Below are positions 48,558 through 59,250 of a DNA stretch of 64,000 bases, one piece after another. Below the pieces are notes generated by a model. It was not told the origin of the DNA. It did no database searches and saw only the letters and a list, made by a program, of their open reading frames with translations. The position numbers and the translations under genes were made by a program. Numbering within the stretch: the first letter of the stretch is position 1; each line of letters opens with the position of its first letter. This DNA is from Psammoneis japonica. Lineage: Eukaryota. The stretch is taken from positions 62,001-126,000 of the forward strand of contig QPGO01000017.1 of the NCBI GenBank assembly GCA_008632985.1, given 5' to 3'.

Positions 48558-51500
48558 ATGTCAGTTGCCCTTCCCCCCTCCTGCCCTGATGCCACTGCTG
48601 TGACTTCTCCCGAGAAGGTCAGGAACATCTTCATGGAGACCAAGCACTGAGATGCCTTCAACAAGGCTGCATTTGGCGTTGAGAATGATGACTTTGCCAG
48701 TGCTGTCATCCCGCCAAAGTCCAAGCTCCTGCTTCGATCTGAGTGGGAGAAGAGGGTTCGGGCAGCGAAGTTCTGGAACACGGGAGCTGATGGGCTCAGT
48801 GCAAAAGAGTTTCGCAAGCTTTTCACCCACCAAGCTCATGTGTGGCAGAAGGTTTTTTTGGTGAAGACAAGTGACCTTGGCCATGACACGCTTTTCCAGA
48901 TCAAGAAAGGCGCAGATGGATCTGTGACATCCAAGCTCATTGTTCTCTACATTGAGCAGGTTTTTGATGTTGTGGCACAGCACCATGGACAAACAGGTGG
49001 TCATCTCAAATTGGGTCGCACGTTCAATGACATCAAGAAAAAGTTTTACAATGTCACAGAATTGCTGGTTTCTCACTTCATTGACCTTTGCCCCACTTGC
49101 AGCAAGGCGCAGCCTTCTGTGTCAAGAGTTGAGGGGGCTCGAGTCCCCATCATGAGCAGAAGTTTCCGGGACCATTTCCAGATTGACTTGGTGGATTGCT
49201 GAAAGGACCCTTGCCAGTTCCACCCAGGGGACCCCAACTCCCCAGTCATGAAGTGGCTCATGGTTTTGAAAGATCACTGCACCAGGTTGCTCTGGACCAC
49301 TGCCATTCCCTCCAAGGAAGCAAAATGGGTTGCCAAGGAGTTCTGCCACATTTGTTCTTTGATCGGCTACCCCCTTGTAAGCCACACAGACAATGGGAAG
49401 GAGTTCACAGCAGAGCAAGTGACTGAAGCCATCCAGGAGCTAAACCCATGCTGCAGCACTGTCCACGGTGGTGCCAGAATGCCTTGGCATCAGGGATCTG
49501 TTGAGCGCTCCAACCACCCAATCAAAACAGCCATTGCTTTGCTGGTGGAAGAGGAGCGCTGCCGAGGGAATTCAAATGCATCTTGGGTCACTGAGCACCC
49601 CAAAGCGATGGCATCTCTCAATGCAACTGCCAACAAGGGCAAAAATGAGCACTCATCTTGCTTCCATGTGTTTGGCATGGACTTCAATGAGCTCCTGACC
49701 ACGACTCCTCTTGCAAAGCTCAACAGCTCCAAGACTGTGGCTGAGCAATGCGCCATCATTGGAGGAGACTACAATGGGAAGATGCTTCTGATGGGTGAGG
49801 TGACTGAGGAAGAGATTTCAGAGGTTGTCTCTCGAGTGAACCCGCCACCCACTCTCCCCGGTGCAGAGGTTGAGGAGCCCGGGCCTGTGACTCCTCCTGC
49901 ACCTCCTGGCATCAAGGATCCACACCCTGCTTCTGAGACGGCAGCATGTGATGGCTTGGGTGACCTCAGCTTGGACTTTCAGGCCGAAGGGTCCTCGCTG
50001 CAAGCCAACATGAAAGGTCCTCATGCCGCTGCAACCAGTGGGGCCCTTGCTTTGTTTTCTCCAATCAAGCCCAATGCTGACATCAGATTGATGCGGCCAA
50101 CTGACCCAAGCTGTGGTGCAGTGGAGCCACCAAAAGAGGCCAAGCATGTGTCCAAGGGGATGAAGCGGGGCAACAGCACAGCCCAGACAATTCCTCCAAA
50201 GAAGAGAAAAGTGGGTCTTTTGGGACACCCCAAAAATTCAAAGCAAGAGCAGGAGCCCAATCCATCGAGTCCAGGGCCAGGTCTGCAACTCAAGCTGTGG
50301 CCAAACAAGACAAAGCCAAGCCAGCCAGCACCTCTGCCAAGTGAGCCAGAGCCTGCAAAGCAAAAGCTGGCCAAGCCACAGAAAAAGACAGAGCACCAGG
50401 TGATGAAACAGGAGCCCAAGCACACACCACCGAAGCTTCCAGAGCTAAAGCTGCGAGTGTCAGACCCAAAGTTCTGGTCAAAGTTTCCACTGCAACGAAG
50501 TGTTGACCTGTCCAAAACAACTCACCGAGAGTCCCTGGATGACTGCACCACACCAAAGTGTGTTTGTCCTGTGCTGCAATGCAGCAGGTGCATTGTGACT
50601 GGCCAGCCATTCAAGATCAGCTGCTACGATGATGACTGCGTCAGAATCAACAAAGCCACCAACCGCTGGTTTGACACAAAATTTGTGTCCTCCTTCTGCC
50701 AGCTGATTGCTCATGAGGGTCATTTGGACCATGTGAGACTGGTCCATGCTCAGTTTGGGTCTGTGTCACTCATTCATCTAAAGGAACAGTTGATGACAAA
50801 GCCAGTGGATTTGCCACAAACAGTCCAAATGCTCCTCTCCATTGCACACAAGTCCTCGCATCATGCCGTGCTTGAGTTTTTGCTGTCTCAAAACACCGTG
50901 AAAGTTTTTGATGGTCTTGGCTTCAAACTCAGCATTTGGAATGACGAAATCATGCATGTTCTCAAAAGGTGTGGCTTGGTTGACCCAGATGCTCAAGCAA
51001 GGCAGGTTTTAGAACACGAGAAAAGTGGGGCACCTCCTGCTGCAAAAAATTGCCGTTGCAGCGGATCCACCCAAACTTGGAAAGTCACAAGGGGAGATGC
51101 CCTTGTTCCTCAGAAGGACAGCTTCAGTTGTGGGCCTCAAGCTTGTGTTTTGATGTGGAGTTTCCTTTGTCCGAAGAGCACGCCCATCCCCCTTGAGCTC
51201 ATTTCTCCAGAAAATTACAGAGAGATGGTGATGAACAAATGTTTGGAGTTGCTGAAGAACCCCTTTAAAGAATTGCATTTCTGCCACAAAGTTCATGGAG
51301 TGTCCATCGACTTGGATGATGACAAGATCCAAAAAATTCCCAGAAACCTTGTCATTGACATTGAGAAAAAACAATTGTCTTTGAAAAATTGTCAAATGGA
51401 TGACAAGCTTCCCCAACACTTGTGTTGTGGATTTTGCCTTGACAAGACGCTCAGAGTTGACACAGGACTTTCTTGCTGCGGACAGCCAGTGCACTTGCAC

Positions 51501-52895
51501 TGTGCACTTGGCTGCATTGAGTCATCTGGGCAGTGCCCATTCTGCAACTCTAGCATGAATGAGAGTCAACTGGAGACATTGGGCGAGGATGACGTTGAGT
51601 CACTTCATGATGAATCAGAAGTTGTTGGCACGATGACGCTGCATGACTCAAGCTCCTCTTCACCCAAGAGGGACACAAAAAACCCATCTGTTCAGAAGAA
51701 AAACAAGCAGCACTCCAATCTGTTGGCATGCCATGTCCCTGAAGACGAAGATGAGGAGCCAGAGGCCAAGCTGAGTGAATCTCCTTTTTATGATGCCAAG
51801 AAAAATCCTGGAGGATTTTTTCTCAGAACTGGAACAAAAATCAGGTTCAAGTGTGGAGGCGATGGTTGGTCACAGAGGAGAGGAACTGTGGCGGGATTCA
51901 AGAGGAACACTGTGATCACGTCCTCTGGCGAATGGCTTTGCTTCAACAGCCAGAAAGAGGAAAAGGACATGCTGGAGGAATGGGAAGAATTTGATGGGGT
52001 TTTTGACCCATTGGTGGCTGTGGAGCCAGAAGAGAATGACGAGCCTGTTTTCATGGAGTTGCGCAAGTGGCATGTTTCCACTGATGACAGGTTGCAGAAG
52101 TGGTTGCTGGAGTTCCGCAAGTCACAAGAATGAATGATGTGTGACCAACTTGTCGAGAGAATCACCCAACAACTTGGTGAGGGCAGTGCTCAGTCTGTGG
52201 CTGGGCCAACCGGAGTGGCTGCCATGCGCAAATCTGCTGCAAAGACGAAGGACTTTGGGCCCATGCCAGCTCCAAATGGTGCACCCCCTTGCAAGATTTG
52301 GGTGATTGATGGTGGCACCCCAACCACTGACTTGCTTGGCAACCCCAAGCATCAGAGCCAAAGACACAAGAAAAATCGCTGTGACAAAGAAGCCCGACTC
52401 AGGCAAGAGCGCAGTGCAAAAAAAATGAAGGCGAGGTTCAATGACAGCCGCATCATCTCACCCGGCACATTGGCTCAGCTGAAGGTGGACAAAAGGGACC
52501 GGAAACATGGAAGCTGCCTTGGGGTCATTGGCGTTGCTTACAAGCAAAACAAAGACAGCATGTCAGCGAAGGTTGTGACAGAAACAGGTGTGATTTCTAC
52601 AGGAAAAAAGCCAAGAAACATTCAAGCCAGAAATTACAGCCCGCTGAAGAACCAGGAAGTGCCGGTGTCAGAGAGTCTAGACAAGTGGTGCAAGCAGGTG
52701 ATGAGCGGAAAGTTTGACAAAAATGAGTGTCCAAAAGTCAGCTTGAAACAGGCGCACTCTGTCTCTGCCAGAGGCGTGCTTTGGCAAACTTGTCTGTTTG
52801 GCGATTTGCAGAAACAGGTGGGAGAATTGAGCAAACAGCACAACAACCCCAGCGGCAAACATGCAGTCGCAACAGCTCATCAGCTCCAGCTCTAG
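48558..52895 (+). pseudogene. Integrase-like transposase polyprotein (HHCC Zn finger + DDE core + Ulp1/C48-like peptidase + RING-like finger), ~1,445 codons with three in-frame TGA stops
   Basis: One frame from ATG 48558, with TGA at 48648, 49200 and 52131. HHCC: HHGQTGGH...IDLCPTC. DDE: FQIDLVD, VLKDHCTR, SHTDNGKEF, QGSVERSN. Peptidase: SHHAVL..VFDGL..PQKDSFSCG. RING-like: CGFC..CCGQPVHLHCALGC..CPFC. Confidence 0.85.
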
Positions 52896-53267
52896 AGAGA
52901 AAGCTAAAAAGTTCAATCGTGGTGCAGATGGCAGTCGATCAAAAGAGTCTTGCTGGCAAAAAGTTGCAGCTCTTGGTCTCTTCGAAGACCGTTGAATCGT
53001 TCCTGCAAGTGTCCGAGTTCCTCATTGATGTGTGGCCTCTTGTCCTCCTAAACTCCCTCGCTAAAACGAATTGCGACGTGCAAGCTTCCAAGAGATTGCA
53101 CGGTGTCCAGAGATCTTTGTCTTGGTTGCATGGCGGCCAAAGTCCTCGGGTTGTCACAGAAACATCGTCTCTTTCAAACATTCGCAAGAGGAGCTCTTTG
53201 TCCGTTTTTGACACTTTTGCACCTCTTTTGAATGCAGCACAAACAACTCGACTGTCTTCATCCATGC

Positions 53268-53429
53268 AATCATGTTGGTCGTGGTTGGCACACAATGACG
53301 TCATTCAGAGAGAGGTTTTCAATTTTCCAAAGCAGTTTTGGAGGGGTTGGGACCGGAAATCATGTCGGTCGTGGTTGGCACACAATGACGTCATTTAGAG
53401 AGAGGTTTTCAATTTTCCAAAGCAGTTTT
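53268..53429. repeat. 72-bp direct repeat, 2 copies (90-bp period) in the 3' noncoding part of the Ginger-like element
   Basis: 53268-53339 and 53358-53429 differ at only two positions (53276/53366 and 53306/53396). Confidence 0.9.
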
Positions 53430-55029
53430 CATCGTGACGTGTGTGGTGGACAGTAAAAAGTTACATCGTGACGTGTGTGGCAGTCAACTTGCCACACCGT
53501 GCCACCCGTGACGCACGCAGTGGCCAGCCATCTGTGACGTAGGGGCCCCACGCAGCAGCACGCAGTGTCGGCAGCAAAAAAGTGCACGCGGGTTCGAACC
53601 TCCGCGCGATTCACACGGACGTAGAGACAGCTAAAAAAGTCTAATCACTCCCAAATTGGGAGCGATTGGACTTTTTTAGCTTTCTCTGCCATGGTGTAAA
53701 TCGCACGAAATACACGCGCAACATCACCGATGACCCCCCAAAATCGAAGACAGAAAAGAGACCAGGCCTGCGGGGAGCATTGACCACTTGTCTTTCACTT
53801 TTGTGGGCGGGTGTGTGCCGTTGCATGCTGCACTGTCTGTGCGTGCACAGGGCCCCAGGGCCCTGCCGCCGGGGCCAGCATTGTGGCGGCTGAGTGGCGT
53901 GGCCACCGCACCGGTGATGCGGATGACCATTGTGTTTGATGTCTCATGCCATTTTTGGGGCTGCAGCGAGGTGCACGGACACTCTTTTTTTCCAATTTAT
54001 TGCCATGACAGCGCATCGCACAAACTCACTTGTTGTTCGATGTGTTTTCCCAAATGTGGCTGTTTCGTGCAGAATTCGCGATTGATCATCTTTGTTTGCA
54101 GCTGAGCGCATTTTTGAACATGCCACGCCGGCAATCCCAACTTTACAGCACTTTCGAGCTCTCCTGAAAAACCGTGCCACGCACCCGTCGCAGGGAATTT
54201 ATCGATTTTTTAGGATGTCCCCACGACCTCTCATGTCCTCAATGATCATTCCGCGAATCCGAAGAGTTCATCTGCACCAAACAACCCATCCCGCTCCAAA
54301 ATCCGAGGGGCACACTTTCAAATTCAGACGGACAACCCGACTGCCCGACCCCCCGACTGCCCGACCCCCCGACTGCCCAACTGCCCGACTGCCGGACCGA
54401 CACGAAAAAGTCTGCAATCACCAACCACCGAGTGGTCAATGAAATCACGTTCTGCCACCATGGGCTGGTTGCTGGCTTCACCCCTTGCAGCATGACAACT
54501 GCAGTGACAGCTTCCTTTTTTAATCAACACCACCAGTGGCTTTACAACACTGCAAACTCTATGGGTGCGGGCCCTTGTTCTGGCGTTGTCTTCTTCTGAG
54601 TGGTGCACATCGGTCGGTGTGGGTTCTTCTTGCGGTGCTGTGAGTACAGCACAGACGGTTCGTACTGCACCGCAGGCAATTCAGTTACCCACGTCGTGAC
54701 ACATCTATTCAACTTATAAATATATTCATCAAATAAATATTTTTATGTTCCACGATTCTTATGAAAATAATACTAACGGCATTCTGAGGAACGGACACGA
54801 AATTCTATAGAATCGAGGACGTTGATTCTAGATAATCGCGCAAGACGAGCTCGAATTTTTTGCTGGACGGGACCAGAATTCATAAGAATCGGAATCCGGA
54901 TTCTGTAGAAACGGAATTCTCTAGAATCGTCGTGACAGATCCGGGTTCCATGTTGGGTATGCATGACCGAGCGCGCGCGCGCAATGCTGCAGGAATCTTT
55001 CGAAAATGACCCGTGACGTAGGTACCGTA

Positions 55030-56825
55030 AGGACTGAGGCGAGCGCGCGGCTGCATGAAGTTAGGCGGGACTCATTCAGTCACGTATGCGCACACACTCT
55101 CCGAACGCCACTCACCATGAGAATCGGAACGGCATTTCATGCTATTGTAAAACCTTTTCAACAACAGCAGTGCTTTAGAATAGTTTCTACCATCTTATAG
55201 AAACTATTTTCATCGCTTGTTTGAAGGTAATTGCTCAATCGAAAGGTCAAAAAATGGATTTTGTAATTGCACCACCATCCGCTGCTCTTTTTCGTGTGCT
55301 GTCGCGATGCAATCGCACTGCGCTTTCGTGTCACTGACTCGTTCTTTTTATTTGATGCGCTCGTTTCATACACTTATATAGGGAGCATTTCGACCATGTT
55401 AAAAGCCCCAACGAGGAACACTGGCTCTTAGTTTCATGTCGACATTTGAGCCATTTGTCTGCGGCCGACATTTCTGCATCAATCGAAATGGGGCTGTTGC
55501 GTGTCATGCACAGTCTTTTGGATCAAGCCAAGCAACGGATGGTCGATTTCATTGATAATGTGGATTATGGTGTGCGTCATTTGATGGCAGACAACGGCAA
55601 GTGTATGATTTGTGGAGCTCACAACTTGCTGCCGCGAGAAATGATGACACTCACCTCGAACGCAAGCAACCAACGACACTTTCTTGCTGTTTTGCATTTT
55701 TCTTGCTCATTGTTGAAAGCTTTGGGTGCTTGTCGCTTCACTGCGGTTCACGCCGGCTCAGTTGGCACACTTTCCAAAGGCCTGTCCAATCGAACAACTT
55801 CGAGAGCAGGTCAATGCGTTCGTAGATTGCCGTTCGGACGTGACCGCTTGGAATGTTGAGAAACTTGCGAGCCACCTCAGACTCCAGTGCGTCAACCCTT
55901 TGCGACTTGTTGCTCTCACCTCCTCCTCTTTCTTCTTCTTCTTCTTGTCCTCCTTCATTCACAGGTTGGCGTTGAGTGGATTGGGCAGCTTGGGACTCGG
56001 CAACACCGGATTGGCGTTGAGTGGATTGGGCAGATTTGGCAGCTTGGGACTCGGCAATGCAGGATTCATGTGCACGAGTGCTGTCATCTCCTCCCCCTTC
56101 TTCTCCATTCACAGGTTGGCATTGAGCAGATTGGGCAGCTTGGGACTTGGTGTCACCGGATTGGCGTGTGCGAGTGCTGACACAGAGCCAATCTTTCTCG
56201 CATGTTTGCTGCCAAGAATGCCGCGGGATTTCACACGGCAATTTGACCAACGATTTGTGCAGGGACACAAATTAAAAGAGATGCTGAGCATTGGAGATGC
56301 AGTTGCTTTTCTTGTTCTTGATCTTGACGCTTTTCAATGCACTCATGACACGCACCTCGGCACCGGGTCATGGAGCTTCTAGATGGGGTCCATGTTCGGG
56401 ATGCTTTTTTCAATTCGGCATTCATTTGTGTTGCCTTGACATCTTTGTCCACACCCCGGAGCTTCAACTCCGTCAACCAAGCATCGGCGCTGACCCAATG
56501 CCCAACAAAAGACGACGTTTTCCATGGCTTTGTCGCGTCGTCGAACGCTGCGTGGATCGTTCTTTGTTTTGGCGCCATTTCATCAAATCAGCTGCACCCT
56601 GCACCTGATGCACAAAGTGGACCAGCTGGGCATGGGTGGTTCACAAACACTGGTTGGGTGCAGTGAATGTTGTTGCCAGCAAAAGTCATTTGCACCGGCA
56701 TGCCATTGTCGCACCCGTCATCATTTTTTCCCGCGGTGGCACCGCGGTGTCCAGATGGAAGTGTTGACAAGTCCCGAGCAGGCAGGACTCAAAACTTCAT
56801 GCAGCCGCGCGCTCGCCTCAGTCCT
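55030..56825 (-). mobile_element. Non-autonomous TIR DNA transposon, 1,796 bp, 33-bp perfect TIRs, TA target duplication (Tc1/mariner-like geometry)
   Basis: AGGACTGAGGCGAGCGCGCGGCTGCATGAAGTT (55030-55062) and its exact reverse complement at 56793-56825. TA at 55028-55029 and 56826-56827. A broken minus-strand ORF starts MAPKQRT at 56578, with internal short repeats at 55957-56167. Confidence 0.8.
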
Positions 56826-58276
56826 TAAAAAGCACAAAACAATTGTGGACGCCTGTAGAATCTGCATGTTTTTGTGCTGAAACTGTTGTGTTCACACAAT
56901 TTGTGCAAAAATGGACTTGACTGTTGTCGGGTCAGGTGCATTTTTGCAAATGTGTTGAAGAAAAATGTGCCTGATCAGAAAACAGTCAAGTCCATTTTTC
57001 GCAAAGTTAAAATTCACTGAGAACAGACAGATGGACTTTTCAACAATTGTCTTGGCACTGTTCCACACATTTCTGTGCAAATGACTCCACAGCATGAAAG
57101 ATTGCTGTTGAGGTCATGCTTTTTTCGTCTGCCCGTGTGTCTTTGCTTTCACCGTGCCCCCCCCCCCCCCCCACGCAGCATGAAATCCTCAATCCGTGGC
57201 CATCGGAGTCGCACAAATGCACATCATCAACAATGACCCGCTCGCTGTGGTCACCGTTTGTGTGGTGTGGCACTTTCATTGGTGTGGTCGCATCCTCAAT
57301 TGTCTGAAACAACTCGTGACATGTGTTGGCTGACTGCAGACATTGCACGTGCAAGGTGTTGACATTTCTGCATGTTTGGATCTGCTTTCTGGCAGAAGAG
57401 TGCAGCTGGCTGGTGGGTGCAGCACTCTTGTGACAATTGCATGCATGTGGTGGTTTGGGATGAAAAGCACCAGGACTCCATTCACCCATTGTTTTGAGCT
57501 CTGAAAAAGACCAAGGTTTGGCTGCACACAATTTTTCGTGCAAAAGAAACAGGATCTCTGCCGTGCTTGTGCATTGTTTGAAGATGTTCTTGCGCATGTG
57601 AGAGAGCAAGAACAGCCCTCATCAAATGACCCATTTTGCTGTGTTGAGTGGAGTTTAAAGCTCTGCCCTTTTCTTCCCATTGTTGGGCTGTTCATGCTGG
57701 TTGATGGTTGTCAGCTTGCACAGCAGTGCATGCGCAGCACAACAACAGACTTTGCTTTGGTTCACACTGATGCACTTTGGCCCCAACTTCAGACTCAAAG
57801 AGCTGCTGCATTCATCAGAGGCCCGTTTCCATGAGTTGTCTTGTGGTTGGACCAATGGACAATGTTGCAGCCAGCATGTGTGAGTGTCAGCACATGGGTT
57901 CATTTGTGATGATGATGAATCACTGCCATTCAACACAAATCACACCTGTTTGCCACAAATGGGTGTGATTAAAAACAAAAAAATGTCCGTGCAAACCAAC
58001 AAATGTCCAGAGACATCAACAAACAGCCATCAATCCCAACAAGTGAGCTGCAACTCAATCAGTTTGCAATGCCGAACAAGCTGCTTTGCGGGATTTTGCT
58101 TGGCTCATTGTCGCCGACCAGGTGACAACCAAATGCAGTGCTGGGATTTGTTTTCAATCTTTGCTGTCAAAGTCAATTGGTTGACTTGTGTGTTCAAACA
58201 ATTGTCTCCATTGTCCCATCTCCATTCATTGCATGTGTTGCTGCTGCAATCAATTGTCAACGAATGTGAGTGCAAG

Positions 58277-59250
58277 TCATTGCCACTGAGCCAATCTCAA
58301 CTGAACTGCCATCAATTCCAGTTTCCAGATTTTGGCACAGTTGACATGGCGGTCATCTTCATCATCCAAGCCTTCTTGTGCTTCTTCTGCCACCCATCGA
58401 TCTTGCTCAGTTGCAACGGCTCTGTAGAGCTCTTCCCACTGGCCAAGGCATCTGCTCACAACATCTTGCTTGGTGTTTGTGACCATGTCAACAAAGAACT
58501 TGTTGGTCTTTGGTGACCACCCTTTGCTCTTCCTTGGTGTCTTGAGGTTTCCTTGGTCCCGCATTTCCGTCTGTGTCTTTTGACTCTGCTGCCATGAAAT
58601 GCTTGAGTGTCCTGACAACCTTTCTCTTCTTGCTGGGTGCATCCTCATCATCTCTGATCTTCTTGACCATCATGCCCAGTTTTGTGATGGACTCTTCCCT
58701 TGCATCCTTGAACTTCTGTTTCAGTTCTTGAGCAGGCACACCTTCCTCCAACGGCTTTTGTGGATCTTTCTGGAGCAGCACAAACATGCTCTTGTCCTGG
58801 TCATCCTTCTCCTTTGCTGTTGCAAGGTCTGGCATGATGATCTTGCACAGGTCCTTGCTTCCCTCTTGGTCTGTCAGGCCTCCATCATCAACCAACTCCA
58901 CATCGTAATCCGACATCAAAGACCCATCCTTGTTTTGGCTTTTGCAGTCAGCATGCCATGCATTGCAGTTGTTCTTGAGGAGCATGTGGGCAAATGCCTT
59001 GGTGCACACTGTGCTCATCCTCTTGTCCTTGAAGGCGCACGTTTTCCAGCATGTGTCTCTGACAATTGGGTGCAGCATGCAGTTGCAGAACATTGTTTGC
59101 AAAGCTGGGTTTCCCAAGCAATCTTGGAATCTTTCCATGGATGGCAAGATGCAGTTGTTGTCATCACCGCATGCACAGAGAGCTTCACTTGTTGCAACAG
59201 GGAAAGCAAGTGACAACACTGTCAGCAATTGCAACGGCTGCTTTTGTTGC
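58277..59250 (-). pseudogene. Frameshifted relic of the same TE-associated protein family as 24224-25417
   Basis: MFCNCMLHPIVRDTCWK..TVCTKAFAHMLLKNNCNAW, followed in another frame by KGWSPKTNKFFVDM..KQD. These parallel WFYDNVLKF..W, SDEALALLMMENCWKVW and SWKDEGMVRFNDL..KED. Confidence 0.55.

Larger units (their letters stand above)
48239..54937 (+). mobile_element. Ginger-like DNA transposon (Gypsy-type integrase), 6,699 bp, TGT...ACA ends, 4-bp TSD GATC
   Basis: Left end TGTTACGACGATTCTGCAGAAT; the right end reverse-complemented is TGTCACGACGATTCTAGAGAAT. GATC at 48235-48238 and 54938-54941. Subterminal GATTCT/AGAATC/GAATTC motifs at both ends. Integrase ORF inside, with no RT, RNase H or LTRs seen. 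Confidence 0.85.

Noticed and set aside
48239..54937. LTR retrotransposon interpretation of the integrase element
   Set aside because: The ends are inverted rather than direct repeats, and no gag, protease, RT or RNase H motifs are seen.
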